Shown piece after piece: positions 19,366 to 29,511 of a DNA stretch of 64,000 bases. The stretch is taken from the NCBI GenBank assembly GCA_964490395.1, contig CAZBAS010000007.1, positions 7,208 through 71,207 on the forward strand. Direction: 5' to 3'. Numbering within the stretch: position 1 is the first letter of the stretch; each line of letters begins with the position of its first letter. Position numbers and translations under genes: made by a program. The notes beneath the pieces were generated by a model. It searched no databases. It saw only the letters and a list, made by a program, of their open reading frames with translations, and was not told where the DNA came from. The stretch is from an uncultured Candidatus Saccharibacteria bacterium. Lineage in GTDB: Bacteria; Patescibacteriota; Doudnabacteria; UBA920.

Positions 19366-20265
19366 ATGAGTCAAAAAGTTAAAAAAGCAGTTATTGCAGC
19401 AGCGGGTTTTGGCACTCGTTTCCTTCCAGCGACTAAAGCAATGCCAAAAGAGATGCTGCCGGTGGTCGATAAGCCCATCATCCAATATGTGGTGGAAGAA
19501 GTAGTTGCTGCTGGGATTGAAGATATTTGTATTGTGAGCGGCTGGCATAAGCGCAGTATAGAAGATCATTTTGATTATCCGTTTGAGCTAGAAAAGCGGC
19601 TTGAGGAGTGGGGTAAGCATGATTACCTTGAGCAGGTACGGGCCATTGCAGAAATGGCGAACTTCCACTACATACGACAGAAAGGTCCTATGGGAAATGG
19701 TACGCCTATTTGGAGCGCCCGTAGTTTTATTGGTGAGGACCCTTTTGTGTATTTGTGGGCAGACGAATTTTATATGAGCAAAGGTCCAAGCCGTTGCCAG
19801 CAGCTTATTGCTGCGTATGAAAAACTAAATGCCAGTGCCATCCTTGGTAGTTTCCGCAAAACTGAAGATAGGGACTACAAGCTTTGGGCGTATGCCATGG
19901 GCAAGGAACTAGAAGATGGAGTGCTGAAAGTGGCGCAGACAGTAGAAAAACCTGGTCCTGGGGTGGTCGATTCAGATTATGCAGTATTCTCTCCGTATGT
20001 GTTTGATGCAAGTATTGTGCCGGCCATAAAAGAAGCAATGGTGCGCCTTGAAAAAGAAGGGAGCGGTCGCGAGCTCTATGTGGTGGAAGGGATAAACATA
20101 CTGCTCGAACAAACGCGTGATGTGTATGCGGTAGAGATGAAGGGCGGTCAGTTTTACCAATGTGGTAATAAATTGGACTACCTGAAAAGCATAGTTGAAC
20201 TTGGTCTTGAACATGAAGACCTCCGAGAAGATTTTAGAGCGTTTCTTAAAACCTTATCATTGTAG
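19366..20265 (+). CDS. galU: UTP--glucose-1-phosphate uridylyltransferase
   Basis: The N-terminal KAVIAAAGFGTRFLPATKAMPKEMLPVVDKPIIQY is the GalU signature, and the protein is GalU-like throughout. Confidence 0.9.
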   Translation: MSQKVKKAVIAAAGFGTRFLPATKAMPKEMLPVVDKPIIQYVVEEVVAAGIEDICIVSGWHKRSIEDHFDYPFELEKRLEEWGKHDYLEQVRAIAEMANFHYIRQKGPMGNGTPIWSARSFIGEDPFVYLWADEFYMSKGPSRCQQLIAAYEKLNASAILGSFRKTEDRDYKLWAYAMGKELEDGVLKVAQTVEKPGPGVVDSDYAVFSPYVFDASIVPAIKEAMVRLEKEGSGRELYVVEGINILLEQTRDVYAVEMKGGQFYQCGNKLDYLKSIVELGLEHEDLREDFRAFLKTLSL

Positions 20266-20355
20266 TTTTAGTAGGTAGTAGAGTATAACGACCCTTGCTC
20301 GCGCAGAGGTCGTTTTTGTTTGCTATACTATACCTATAGTAGTTATAGATACATT

Positions 20356-21675
20356 ATGAAACTAACATTCAAACAATTTATTAAACCCGTTGCAACTTGT
20401 TTGGCCATTAGCTTGCTCGCTGCTGGGTGTGGTGGCGGCGGTACTAAAAGTGCAGCGGTAGAGCTTGTGGTGTGGAAAGTGTTTGAGGACAATTCTCATT
20501 TCCAGCCCCTCTTGCAGGCATACAAAAAAGCTCATCCGAATGTCCGGGTTACCTTTGTAGAAAAGAACGCTACCGGCTACAAAGAAGAACTCATTAACGC
20601 CTTGGCTTCAGGTACAGGCCCTGACATCTTTTCTATTAACAATGCATGGCTTCCAGAGTACATAGATAAAGTTGCTCCGACTACGGAACAACAGTGGACG
20701 TTCAATGACTATAAAAATACGTTTGTAGATGCAGTAGTTAATGACTTTACGCGTGATAGAAAAATCTATGGCGCTGCAACATATGTAGATAGCTTGGCCC
20801 TCTATTACAACAAAGATTTGCTGGGTAGTGCTGGCATAGCAACCCCGCCTCGTACCTGGGATGAGCTTGCCCGCGATGTGCAAAACCTAACCAGACAAAA
20901 CCAAACTGGCTACTTTAGCCGGAGCGGTATAGCCGCTGGGCTTTCCAGCGCAGCCCCCAGTGGCCAAGTAAATAGGGCAGAGGACATACTCTATTTGTTC
21001 ATGCTCCAGCAAGGAGCGCAGGCCTGGTCCGCAGATGGTACCCGCCCACTCTTTAATGGTACGGTGACGAACAGCCAGGGCCAGCAAATATATCCCGCAC
21101 GTGAGGCGCTGAGCTTCTACACCTCGTTTGCGAACTCAACTTCGCCCTATTACTCCTGGAATACCCGAAGTGATTATTCTATAGATGCTTTTGCAAACAC
21201 TAGAGCGGCTATGATGATCAATTATTCATACGCCCGCGACCTTATTACGCAAAAAGCTTCCACTTTGAACTTTGACGTGGCTCCCGTGCCGCAGCCAAAC
21301 TTGGACCAGCCAGAAGTGAACTTTGCCAACTACTGGGGAGAAGTAGTGAGTAAGCAGAGCAAGCACCAAAAAGAGGCTTGGGACTTCCTTAAAACCATTA
21401 CTGGTAAAGATGCACTAGATAAGTACTATGCAGGGCATAAACTTCCCTCGAGCCGCAAAGATTTAATTGAGCTGCAAACCTCAGATCCGGATATAGGTGT
21501 GTTCGCTCACGCAAACCTTACTGCCAAAACGTTTTACCGACCAGACCAGTTGAAGTTTGATGCCATTATGGCTAAGGCAATAGATGATGTAGTATTGCGC
21601 GGTGCTTCTGTAGACCAGGCAGTATCCGAAGCAGCCAGCCAAGGCGGCGCTCTGGCAGTTCCGAGGAAGAATTAA
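20356..21675 (+). CDS. ABC transporter substrate-binding lipoprotein (family-1 sugar-binding, MalE-like)
   Basis: It has the lipobox LLAAGCGGGG after a signal peptide and solute-binding-protein-like periplasmic domains. The ORF-track start at 20320 is extended; the Met at 20356 precedes the signal peptide. Confidence 0.65.
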   Translation: MKLTFKQFIKPVATCLAISLLAAGCGGGGTKSAAVELVVWKVFEDNSHFQPLLQAYKKAHPNVRVTFVEKNATGYKEELINALASGTGPDIFSINNAWLPEYIDKVAPTTEQQWTFNDYKNTFVDAVVNDFTRDRKIYGAATYVDSLALYYNKDLLGSAGIATPPRTWDELARDVQNLTRQNQTGYFSRSGIAAGLSSAAPSGQVNRAEDILYLFMLQQGAQAWSADGTRPLFNGTVTNSQGQQIYPAREALSFYTSFANSTSPYYSWNTRSDYSIDAFANTRAAMMINYSYARDLITQKASTLNFDVAPVPQPNLDQPEVNFANYWGEVVSKQSKHQKEAWDFLKTITGKDALDKYYAGHKLPSSRKDLIELQTSDPDIGVFAHANLTAKTFYRPDQLKFDAIMAKAIDDVVLRGASVDQAVSEAASQGGALAVPRKN

Positions 21676-21731
21676 GTATCTTACTTATAAAAAAGACCCA
21701 GCAAGGGTCTTTTTTGAATATATGTACTAGG

Positions 21732-22049
21732 TTATTCTAGTGTTTTGCGCAGTTTTGTGATTTCTTTCTTTTCAGCAATATTTTGAGACACTTTGTTCAG
21801 TTCTTCCAGCTGCTCAGTATTTTCTTTAAGCAGGTCTGCATACGCAGCGAGTTCAGCATTTCTACTTTCAAGATATTTCTGAGTGATCGCTAAAAGGCCG
21901 GGACTTTTTACATTTTCAACGCTTTCAATAAGTATTTTTTCTAACAGAGCTTGCGCCTCTGCCTTTTTCCCGGCGTCTAGAAGAGTTGAGTATTCCTCTA
22001 GTGCGTCATTGGTATTTGTTGTGATAGGTTTAGACGATTCCATGGGCAT
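21732..22049 (-). CDS. Hypothetical coiled-coil protein
   Basis: A 105-aa, helical, K/E-rich product that overlaps the stop of the upstream 439-aa gene by 20 bp, suggesting translational coupling. Confidence 0.4.
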   Translation of the reverse strand: MPMESSKPITTNTNDALEEYSTLLDAGKKAEAQALLEKILIESVENVKSPGLLAITQKYLESRNAELAAYADLLKENTEQLEELNKVSQNIAEKKEITKLRKTLE

Positions 22050-23349
22050 AGTTGTGGTTATTTAACAACTGTAAAAAAGTAAATGCTTTAGCTCGGTTGA
22101 CTGCCTTCAGTTTTTTGTGAGCAGCCTTGACTGCTTCGTTGAAAGCTTTGCTAAATTCCTTCCCTTTGAGTGTACCGACCTTTGTTCTTCTAAATACAGG
22201 AGAGCTGAATATGCGGTCCATGTCGCCACTACTTATACCTTCTGCTGCTAAAAACATTTCCTGGGCGAAGTTTTCTTGAATGAGCTTCTCTAGTTTTGCT
22301 AGTTTTGTTCCGCGAGTCTTATTGTAAGTAGACCAGTTAATTCCAAGCTCAGATTGCCCAGAGACTCTTTGCAAGTGTTCACTGAGGGCCTCTTCTGCGG
22401 CAGCTAGGTCGCCTTTTTCGGCTTTTTTCATTGCGGCTTTATATTTTTCTGTAGAGCGTTTTTTTGCTGCTGCAGCTAAGGCTTTGCCGATAGCACTTTC
22501 TTCAAATAAAGACTTCCTGGTTGCGGCAATATCCTGTTCTAGGTCGTCGAGATCGCTTTCCGTTTTTACAGCTTCTGCTACCGACCTTTGTATGGTCTTT
22601 GCATCAAAACGCTGACCCTTCACAAGCCCCCTGAGGTCGTTTCCGCCACCGAGTTTTACATTTACTTCCCTGAGTGCGGTTTGCTCTTCGTGAGTTAGGG
22701 TGTGAGGATTCTCTAGTTGTTTTTTGTTCAGGCCGTTGACTATTTCCACTTGTTTTGCAAAGTGTTCAATCATATGGCTATTGCCTCCCATCTTTTCCTG
22801 TTTTTCTTCCAGCGCTTGAATTTTTTTTAGGTTTGCCTTGTGTTCCAGTGCAGTTGCCAAGAGTTTTGTAACGCCAGTTGGGTTTTCCCTTACTTCGTGG
22901 TCGACCTCAGACTCTATTAGCTTAAGAACTTCCTCGGGTAGCTGTTCGGTTGTGGTATTTTTTCCTTCAAGCTCACGCGCCATGGTTTCTCTGTATAGAG
23001 CTTTGAGCTCGGCCTTCACTTTATCTTGAACTTTATATGCTGCATACCGTTCTGCAATGAACAGAGCAGTGTCCGGATGTTTTTCTGGCTCTAAGGCTTC
23101 ACGCTCTCTTTGCTCATCAAATCCAGATGAGTTTGCAAGTACCTCGTGAAACTTCCTGTCTGCTACGGCTGTGCGGGCATCGCTCGCTATAGTTTCTTGT
23201 TTGTCTTTTTCAATGCGTTCAGCGCGGGCATTTTTGAACTCTTCAACTTTTTTGTCTTTAAATTTTTTTAAGCGATCGAGTCCGCCTGAAAGGCTGCCCA
23301 CAAATGAGCCTGCGCGTTCTGCGGCGGTAGGGGGTAATGTTTCAGACAT
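22030..23349 (-). CDS. Hypothetical K/E-rich coiled-coil protein
   Basis: A 439-aa product with extended heptad-like charged repeats and no catalytic motifs. Confidence 0.5.
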   Translation of the reverse strand: MSETLPPTAAERAGSFVGSLSGGLDRLKKFKDKKVEEFKNARAERIEKDKQETIASDARTAVADRKFHEVLANSSGFDEQREREALEPEKHPDTALFIAERYAAYKVQDKVKAELKALYRETMARELEGKNTTTEQLPEEVLKLIESEVDHEVRENPTGVTKLLATALEHKANLKKIQALEEKQEKMGGNSHMIEHFAKQVEIVNGLNKKQLENPHTLTHEEQTALREVNVKLGGGNDLRGLVKGQRFDAKTIQRSVAEAVKTESDLDDLEQDIAATRKSLFEESAIGKALAAAAKKRSTEKYKAAMKKAEKGDLAAAEEALSEHLQRVSGQSELGINWSTYNKTRGTKLAKLEKLIQENFAQEMFLAAEGISSGDMDRIFSSPVFRRTKVGTLKGKEFSKAFNEAVKAAHKKLKAVNRAKAFTFLQLLNNHNYAHGIV

Positions 23350-23438
23350 ATGTACCAGAACAAAACAATAATATTAAATTTATTATGGCATAAAATTTTT
23401 ATTTATGCAAAAAATTACCCCCCAAAAATATGCCCAAA

Positions 23439-25064
23439 TCATTGATTGACCTGGAATATGGAAATGTAGATGTCGTGGTATACGAGAGAGAATTTTTTAT
23501 CAGCTACCGCATTTGTGTATATGTAGTCCAATAGTTTCGGGCTCCGATAATTTTCTATAAGTATATACGGGGAATTAAAGTCATTTCGAATTATGGAAGC
23601 AAGTATGGCATTGCTCCATTGTTCCGGCTGCTCGTCAGTAACTACGTGCCATTTGCGGTACAAAGTTGAGTTGTATGTATACATAAACAAAGGATCTAAT
23701 CCTACTATGTACCGATTGTGTGTGTTCAAATAAAAAAGCTGAGGAAAGTGGTCCCATCGTGTATTAAAGATTATGGCATCTTGCTCTGTATTTTCCCTAA
23801 GCCAGTTGCTCGCACCAGTATACGATTCCACACCGGCATTATGTTTAAGGTCTACAATAGCGAGTTTGGTATTGTACCAGGCCATTGTTCCCGCGCACAC
23901 AATAAGCAGTAAAGTGCCTAATGCTACTTGCCATGTTGTTTTTAAAAGTTTTATAAAACTACTTACGTGTATTCGGGCTACATAGGGGGCGCACGCAATA
24001 ATTACTGCTATGCTTGCAGTGGGTACCCAGTATTCAATAAACCTCTTACTACTTAGAAATAGAAAAAACCATCCAACGCTTAAAACTCCAAGCCAGGTAT
24101 TTGCGCTGCGGAATTTTGAGAAAGAAATTTTATTTGCTAATTTTTCTGCGCACTGAATTACTATGGTCGATATCCATGCACAGAGTAGGGGGGAGCTGTA
24201 CTTAATAAGGCTACTAAAGCCGTACGCGTACCACTCACTACCTACGCTGGCACTATGTTTACCACTGAGTGGCACCATAAGCTGGGTTTTTAAATAGGGT
24301 ATTAGCGCAGCGTGTTGCGGGTGGAGTAGGTAGCCACAAACCATGCCGAGCGCAGTGTATAGAATTATGTATCCTATGTTTCGCTTTCCAGTTTTTACTA
24401 TAATGAAGTAACTCACTACGAGTGGTATGGTTAGTACAAATGATCCGTGCGCAAGTACCCACAGCGCTAGTACAGGAGCAAGTAGCCAAAATTTATTTTT
24501 GAGTAGGGTTAATATGGTTATGCAGAAAAAGAGCACGCCAAGCATACTACCTTTAACAAGGTTTACTCGGAACAGGAAGCCGCTACTTGCAAGAAATATA
24601 GTAAGACTCCACCAGTATGGTTTCAAGACAGTGCGTTCGCGGAGGATTACACCTGCGGTCGTGAAAATACCAAGACCCACCAAGACCGTTACTATTTGCG
24701 CCCACACATGAGTGGAATGGAGTGCTAAAAGTTTGTGATATAGAAACTGCTGATCGAAAAAAGTGTTTTTTAAAATGGTTGCATCAAGCCAGGGGAGCTG
24801 CGTTGTTACTTGTCCGCTATGGTATAGCTTTGCTATGCCAAGGTGGTACCAACCATCTGGGTCGCCAAAACCTGTGCCGGTGAATTTTTGAAGAAAGGCG
24901 CACAGTAGTAGCAATAGCGCTGCGGGTATCCAGTAATCTGAGTATTTTCTTAGGTTAAAGTAAGTGAGGGACAGAATTCTCATATTTGATATAGTATCAC
25001 GAAAGTGAAAAGCTTTTTGGGCAAAAAGAAAGAACGCTTGCGGGTGTGACGACACACACTGCAA
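23439..25064 (-). CDS. Polytopic membrane protein, candidate GT-C-fold glycosyltransferase; paralog of 17564-19111
   Basis: It has the N-terminal loop motif GDPDGWYHLGIA and a C-terminal domain FNTRWDHFPQLFYLNTHNRYIVGLDP..., collinear with the 17564-19111 product. Confidence 0.5.
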   Translation of the reverse strand: MQCVSSHPQAFFLFAQKAFHFRDTISNMRILSLTYFNLRKYSDYWIPAALLLLLCAFLQKFTGTGFGDPDGWYHLGIAKLYHSGQVTTQLPWLDATILKNTFFDQQFLYHKLLALHSTHVWAQIVTVLVGLGIFTTAGVILRERTVLKPYWWSLTIFLASSGFLFRVNLVKGSMLGVLFFCITILTLLKNKFWLLAPVLALWVLAHGSFVLTIPLVVSYFIIVKTGKRNIGYIILYTALGMVCGYLLHPQHAALIPYLKTQLMVPLSGKHSASVGSEWYAYGFSSLIKYSSPLLCAWISTIVIQCAEKLANKISFSKFRSANTWLGVLSVGWFFLFLSSKRFIEYWVPTASIAVIIACAPYVARIHVSSFIKLLKTTWQVALGTLLLIVCAGTMAWYNTKLAIVDLKHNAGVESYTGASNWLRENTEQDAIIFNTRWDHFPQLFYLNTHNRYIVGLDPLFMYTYNSTLYRKWHVVTDEQPEQWSNAILASIIRNDFNSPYILIENYRSPKLLDYIYTNAVADKKFSLVYHDIYISIFQVNQ

Positions 25065-25076
25065 GCGTTCTAAAAG

Positions 25077-27611
25077 TTACCCATTCCGTTCCGGTGGTGG
25101 TTGTCCCTCCGGAGTCGGGCTGGGTGTAGGAGTAGAAGAAGGACCTACAGTCCTTGGGCGTGAACCCAAGGGTGTTGGCGTTGCAGTTGGCGTTGCTGTT
25201 GGTGTGGGTGTTGGAGTTGGCTCACCCTCAACCGGCGTTGGCTCGGGTGTTGGCGTAGGAGTTTCGGCTGGTAGAACAAACTTTGGTTGTTTGCCTTCCA
25301 GAAAATATCCATACACCGGATTTCCGTTTACGTCCGTAGTGTAGGGAGCTTTCACTACACCAGGGACAATGTCCGGAAAGTCACCACCCAAGTCTGGCCT
25401 GGCTGCAAGCGCTTTTTGCAAAAAGTCTACCCAAATGGGTAGTGCAACTTTTGCGCCCGTAGCACCAATGTCCTTGTTGTCGTCTGCGCCAATATAAACG
25501 ACAACTACCAAGTTCGGCGTATAACCCAAGAACCAAGCGTCACGCGACGAACCAGTTTTGCCGGCCGCCATATGCGTGAGGCCCAAAACACCGGCACTGG
25601 CGCCAGTACCGCCTTCCTCAAAGATCCGCTGCATCATTTTGGTCATGATGAACGCTTCTTCGGAAGACAGTACTTGCCCGTAGTCCGTAGTCTTTGGTTC
25701 CAACTTGCTCACGCCAGGGCCAGTTGCTTCGCGGTATAACACCGGTGTAACTGGCTTTCCAGTTACGAACATGGCTGCAGCCCCCGCAATTTGCAGAGGC
25801 GTTACTTCACTGTTGCCAATGAAGCTTGCCCTGTCGGCTCTGGGCTTCGGCATACCAGTTGCTTGAATAAATTCTTGCACTGTACTTATGCCAAGCTCGT
25901 CGCCGATCTTCACTGCTACGTCATTGCTCGATATTTTTAAGGCATCGGGCAAAAACAGGTCGCACTCGCAGTAGCCATGTAAACTTCCGGGCCAGCCACT
26001 TGCTGGTTTGGATTCGCGAATTCGCCGCGCCCAGTTAAATTTGTCCGCGTCTTTGTGCATTGCTGCAGCCCAGAGGAACGGCTTGAACACCGATCCAGGC
26101 TGGCGCTTTGCATTTGTTGCGCGGTTAAACTGGTTAGCAACATAGTCACGCCCTCCTACAAGCGCGAGTACGTCACCGTTGTGGGGGTTAAGCGCCACGA
26201 GCGCGACATTGGGCGTTACCCCTTTGCGCACTCGTGTGTCCACCGTAGCCATCCAATCCTGTACTGCCTGCGTGGCAGCATCTTGGAGTGTCTTGCTGAT
26301 GGTGGACTGGATATGGAGCGATCCTGCCTCGGCAGCGCTCAGATTCTCGTGGTCCTGACGAACACGTGAGTATACAGCGTCGACTGCATATGGCGCATCA
26401 TCGTTGACGTTGCGTTGTTCTTTCGTTTCAAGCGACGTAGATGCAAGCACCTTTGTCGCCTGTTGAGAAATGCGAGATTTTTTCTTTAACTGCATAAGAA
26501 CCTTTCGGCTCTCATCGTTAAAGCTCATCATATCTGTAATTGTCTCGTTACTACGTGCAAGGACTACTTGGGCATTCTTTGTCCAGGGCGCGTAACGTCC
26601 GGGACTCTGAATCATTTGCGCTAGAATGGCAGCTTGCCGTAGACTCAGGTCGCGCACTTCGCAACCAAAGTATACCCACGCTGCCTGCCCGATGCCGCGA
26701 ATCTCCATACCACCATATTGCCCAAAGTAGGCAATGTTGAGATAGTATGTAAAGATTGCATCTTTGTCGGGTATTTCAATTTCTAGAGCAAGTGCGAGCA
26801 GTCCCTCTCGGATTTTGCGCCGATATCTTTTTTCAGGAGTCAGCAGAAGATTTTTAATAATCTGCTGGTCAATCGTGCTTGCGCCTTGCACGCTTTCTCC
26901 TGCCTCGTAGTTCGCGTCTACTGCGCGCATAACGCTCCAGACATCTACGCCCACATGGTCGTAGAATGCCCGGTCTTCGCGGATGAATATGGCATACGCA
27001 ACGTGTGCAGGGACCCAGTTACCTGGTGAGTCTTTTTTGACTTCCGCGTCTACGTGGAATTCCACGAGACGAAAAGCCTTTACGCTTTTGTCGCTGCCAA
27101 CCTCACGGCCAGCAAGTAGCTCAGGAGGCTTGTCGCCTTCCTTTGCAGCGTAGACTCCGGCGGCAATATTTTGCCTTGGAAGACCGTTACGAATGGTCTT
27201 TCTATCTTCTGGCAAAATAAATCCAGCCCAGTAAATCAGAGTGATTGCAATCGCTATCACCACAAGCGTTACTAGGACCATAAGAGTGGTAATGATGTTC
27301 TGAATCAAGCGCTTTCGCTTGAGTTTTTTTGCCAACTCTGCGGCCTTCTGCTTTGCTTCTTCTGACTGAGCAGATTCTTCGCTTAGGCCAGCAAGGTTGT
27401 CGTCTGTGACGACCGTCCTCTTGCTGGTTGGTTTTGGTTTCTTGGCTGGCAAAAGCTTTGCCCACCAAGGTGGTTGTTCTGTTCCTGGTTTTCGCTTTTT
27501 CTTGGTACTAAAAAACATTGAGTACCAAGGTTGTGTGCGCTTCCGTTTTTTACGACTCGAGCGACGTGACGAATAACCAGGCGTAGGTCTTCTATTACTA
27601 TTCCTAATCAT
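25077..27611 (-). CDS. Bifunctional class A penicillin-binding protein (PBP1A; GT51 transglycosylase plus transpeptidase) with a Pro/Thr-rich C-terminal tail
   Basis: The GT51 motifs are QGASTIDQQ and RKIREG. The transpeptidase motifs are SGSVFKP (SxxK), SSN and KTGSS (KTG). A C-terminal PTPTPEPTP... linker follows. Confidence 0.9.
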   Translation of the reverse strand: MIRNSNRRPTPGYSSRRSSRKKRKRTQPWYSMFFSTKKKRKPGTEQPPWWAKLLPAKKPKPTSKRTVVTDDNLAGLSEESAQSEEAKQKAAELAKKLKRKRLIQNIITTLMVLVTLVVIAIAITLIYWAGFILPEDRKTIRNGLPRQNIAAGVYAAKEGDKPPELLAGREVGSDKSVKAFRLVEFHVDAEVKKDSPGNWVPAHVAYAIFIREDRAFYDHVGVDVWSVMRAVDANYEAGESVQGASTIDQQIIKNLLLTPEKRYRRKIREGLLALALEIEIPDKDAIFTYYLNIAYFGQYGGMEIRGIGQAAWVYFGCEVRDLSLRQAAILAQMIQSPGRYAPWTKNAQVVLARSNETITDMMSFNDESRKVLMQLKKKSRISQQATKVLASTSLETKEQRNVNDDAPYAVDAVYSRVRQDHENLSAAEAGSLHIQSTISKTLQDAATQAVQDWMATVDTRVRKGVTPNVALVALNPHNGDVLALVGGRDYVANQFNRATNAKRQPGSVFKPFLWAAAMHKDADKFNWARRIRESKPASGWPGSLHGYCECDLFLPDALKISSNDVAVKIGDELGISTVQEFIQATGMPKPRADRASFIGNSEVTPLQIAGAAAMFVTGKPVTPVLYREATGPGVSKLEPKTTDYGQVLSSEEAFIMTKMMQRIFEEGGTGASAGVLGLTHMAAGKTGSSRDAWFLGYTPNLVVVVYIGADDNKDIGATGAKVALPIWVDFLQKALAARPDLGGDFPDIVPGVVKAPYTTDVNGNPVYGYFLEGKQPKFVLPAETPTPTPEPTPVEGEPTPTPTPTATPTATPTPLGSRPRTVGPSSTPTPSPTPEGQPPPERNG

Positions 27612-27876
27612 TGTTTTCCTCCTGAAAACATTTTGTAAAGTACCTACGCCATGCCGCGGCGCTCGGGTTCAATTCCTCACATTCTTCACCGACTAAACTA
27701 TAAAAAGAATTATTATGACGAAATGAGGCGAACGGTATGCATGTTTGAATAAATCATGCATGCATACCACCCGTCTCATCACTATTCAATTTTACATAAT
27801 ATTATGCCATGCATTATGGATTATGTCAATAGTATTGTGTAATAAAAAATGGCAAGAAAGAGTTACTATATGCAAA

Positions 27877-27910
27877 AGGGTAACAAAAAAGAGCAGACTA
27901 ACGGGCTGCT
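27877..27910 (-). terminator. Rho-independent terminator for the 27967-29094 gene (minus strand)
   Basis: The reverse complement reads GAGCAGCCCGTTAGTCTGCTC followed by TTTTTTGTT. Confidence 0.6.
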
Positions 27911-27966
27911 CCCATGTCCTTAAAGGACTCCGGTTAAATTGGCAATTCACAGGAAGCTAGAATAGT

Positions 27967-29094
27967 TTAGTGCAAGGGGCGTGGGGTAATGTAATCCTTA
28001 TCCCTACCCCCCGACATGTTGTAGAACCGCGACTTTACCCCAATGCTTGGTGTAATAGCTGCGAAATCTACTCCATGCGCTGCCCCGTAGACCATGGCTC
28101 CGTGCTTTAACCCATAGGTTTTGAGGTACCGTATGAATTTAGCTAGAGACACGTAGCTTCGCCATTCCACAACAAGACTGTCCTCTATGTCTTGTATGGA
28201 CTTGCCGTTTTCATTGAGACAGGCGTACTTGTGAATTGGGAAAACATTCTCGTGGAGCGGCGGGTCTTCCACCCCTGTTACTCGCCTGTTAAGGTCGCGA
28301 AGCTGCCACTGAAACGGGGCGTAGACCTGCACCTGTTTTTTGATCTTGTTATCGAACTTATCTCGTTCGGTGGGGTCGCTTAGGTTGTACAGACGACCTA
28401 AGGTGGCTATGTAAACGGGCATGCTTTCTTTCTCATCATACCCGCCTTCCATGCCGACTGCCTGAGGTGCAAGCTCCTCCAAACCCTTAAGGATCTTGGT
28501 GTGGCAGGTTGTTAGTTCTTGTATTTCTTTCTCGCTAGACTCGCCAAACGGCGACTCGTGAATCATGAGAAAGAAATCAATCGAAAGTCCTTCTGCCTCG
28601 GAAAGCGCGCTTGTTACTTCGCTCTTTTCGCGATCGTATTCTTTTCTGATTAGCCCAACACTGCTGCCGAACCGTTCATCGTTTCGATACTTCGCCAGGA
28701 GTGCTTCGATGTGGCTTGTAATCTTGTCGAGCCGATTTTTGGTGGCCTTGGTATCCACCTTAGATTCGACTACCAACGCAGCGCCGCTTGTGGTTGCGTT
28801 GATCGAAAGGGGCGGGGTTGATTTGGGGTTGTTCTTTTTTGCTATCACGGGCCTGCTCGAACCCTCTTCTCGCTTCCCTTTTAGGGGTACGAAATAGAGA
28901 AACAGGCAAGTTGTGATTCCCAGGAACATTGCTGTTCCTGAAACAATAAAGATAGTCCGTGAAGTATTTTTCTTTAACCGACGTTGCCGCCGGCTGGACT
29001 TCCTGCCCTTTCCAAAGAATGAGGGTAAGGAGAAAGAAAAGCTTACGCGACGGTTGCGTAACTGCCGACTGCGTCCAGATCTGTGAATTGCCAT
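27967..29094 (-). CDS. Hypothetical membrane-anchored protein (Arg-rich N-terminus, one TM helix, ~300-aa C-terminal domain); weak resemblance to the TraB/GumN/TIKI family
   Basis: A 375-aa product. It has FFLMIHESP and downstream E/H/R residues in a spacing that loosely recalls TraB-family motifs (I could not verify this). Its codon usage is GC3-enriched relative to the core genes. Confidence 0.45.
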   Translation of the reverse strand: MAIHRSGRSRQLRNRRVSFSFSLPSFFGKGRKSSRRQRRLKKNTSRTIFIVSGTAMFLGITTCLFLYFVPLKGKREEGSSRPVIAKKNNPKSTPPLSINATTSGAALVVESKVDTKATKNRLDKITSHIEALLAKYRNDERFGSSVGLIRKEYDREKSEVTSALSEAEGLSIDFFLMIHESPFGESSEKEIQELTTCHTKILKGLEELAPQAVGMEGGYDEKESMPVYIATLGRLYNLSDPTERDKFDNKIKKQVQVYAPFQWQLRDLNRRVTGVEDPPLHENVFPIHKYACLNENGKSIQDIEDSLVVEWRSYVSLAKFIRYLKTYGLKHGAMVYGAAHGVDFAAITPSIGVKSRFYNMSGGRDKDYITPRPLH

Positions 29095-29279
29095 TATGAA
29101 CCCTCCGATTCAGTGGTTTGGCCGGGTAAAATCCGGCTTTTCGTTTGTAATGTACTGTAACCTTGCTAAACGCATTATACGTATAATCATTATATAAGTC
29201 AATAGCTATATATATGCAATATGCTAAATTATCCTTTATATAAGCCATTATATGACACGATGTCTTTGAGCAAATACTA

Positions 29280-29309
29280 TTGACAAATACCGAAATAAAT
29301 GATATAATG
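29280..29309 (+). promoter_or_regulatory. Near-consensus sigma-70 promoter (TTGACA-N18-TATAAT) driving the 29512-32141 operon through a ~200-nt leader
   Basis: TTGACA lies at 29280-29285 and TATAAT at 29304-29309. The leader contains a long-range inverted repeat, GGCATGGCCTTTTTAA ... TTAAAAGGCCATGCG. Confidence 0.6.
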
Positions 29310-29511
29310 TTTTCACAGTACATTGACAACTGAGCTGGAAGTGGCAGGCATGGCCTTTTTAAGCCAAAGAGTGAAACACTATTTTCTCTGGTTTTAAAAG
29401 GCCATGCGGGCCGATACTTGGGAGTACGCACGCGCGGACTCCTAAATTCTTTGCTTCTTGTGACCGCATGGCCACGGAAGTTTAACTTGCAACTCAACCT
29501 GTGGAGGGTAT

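Noticed and set aside
28760-29497. A 245-aa minus-strand ORF
   Set aside because: It runs through the consensus promoter and AT-rich leader of the plus-strand operon and overlaps the 5' end of the 27967-29094 gene in another frame. Its composition is implausible for a protein.
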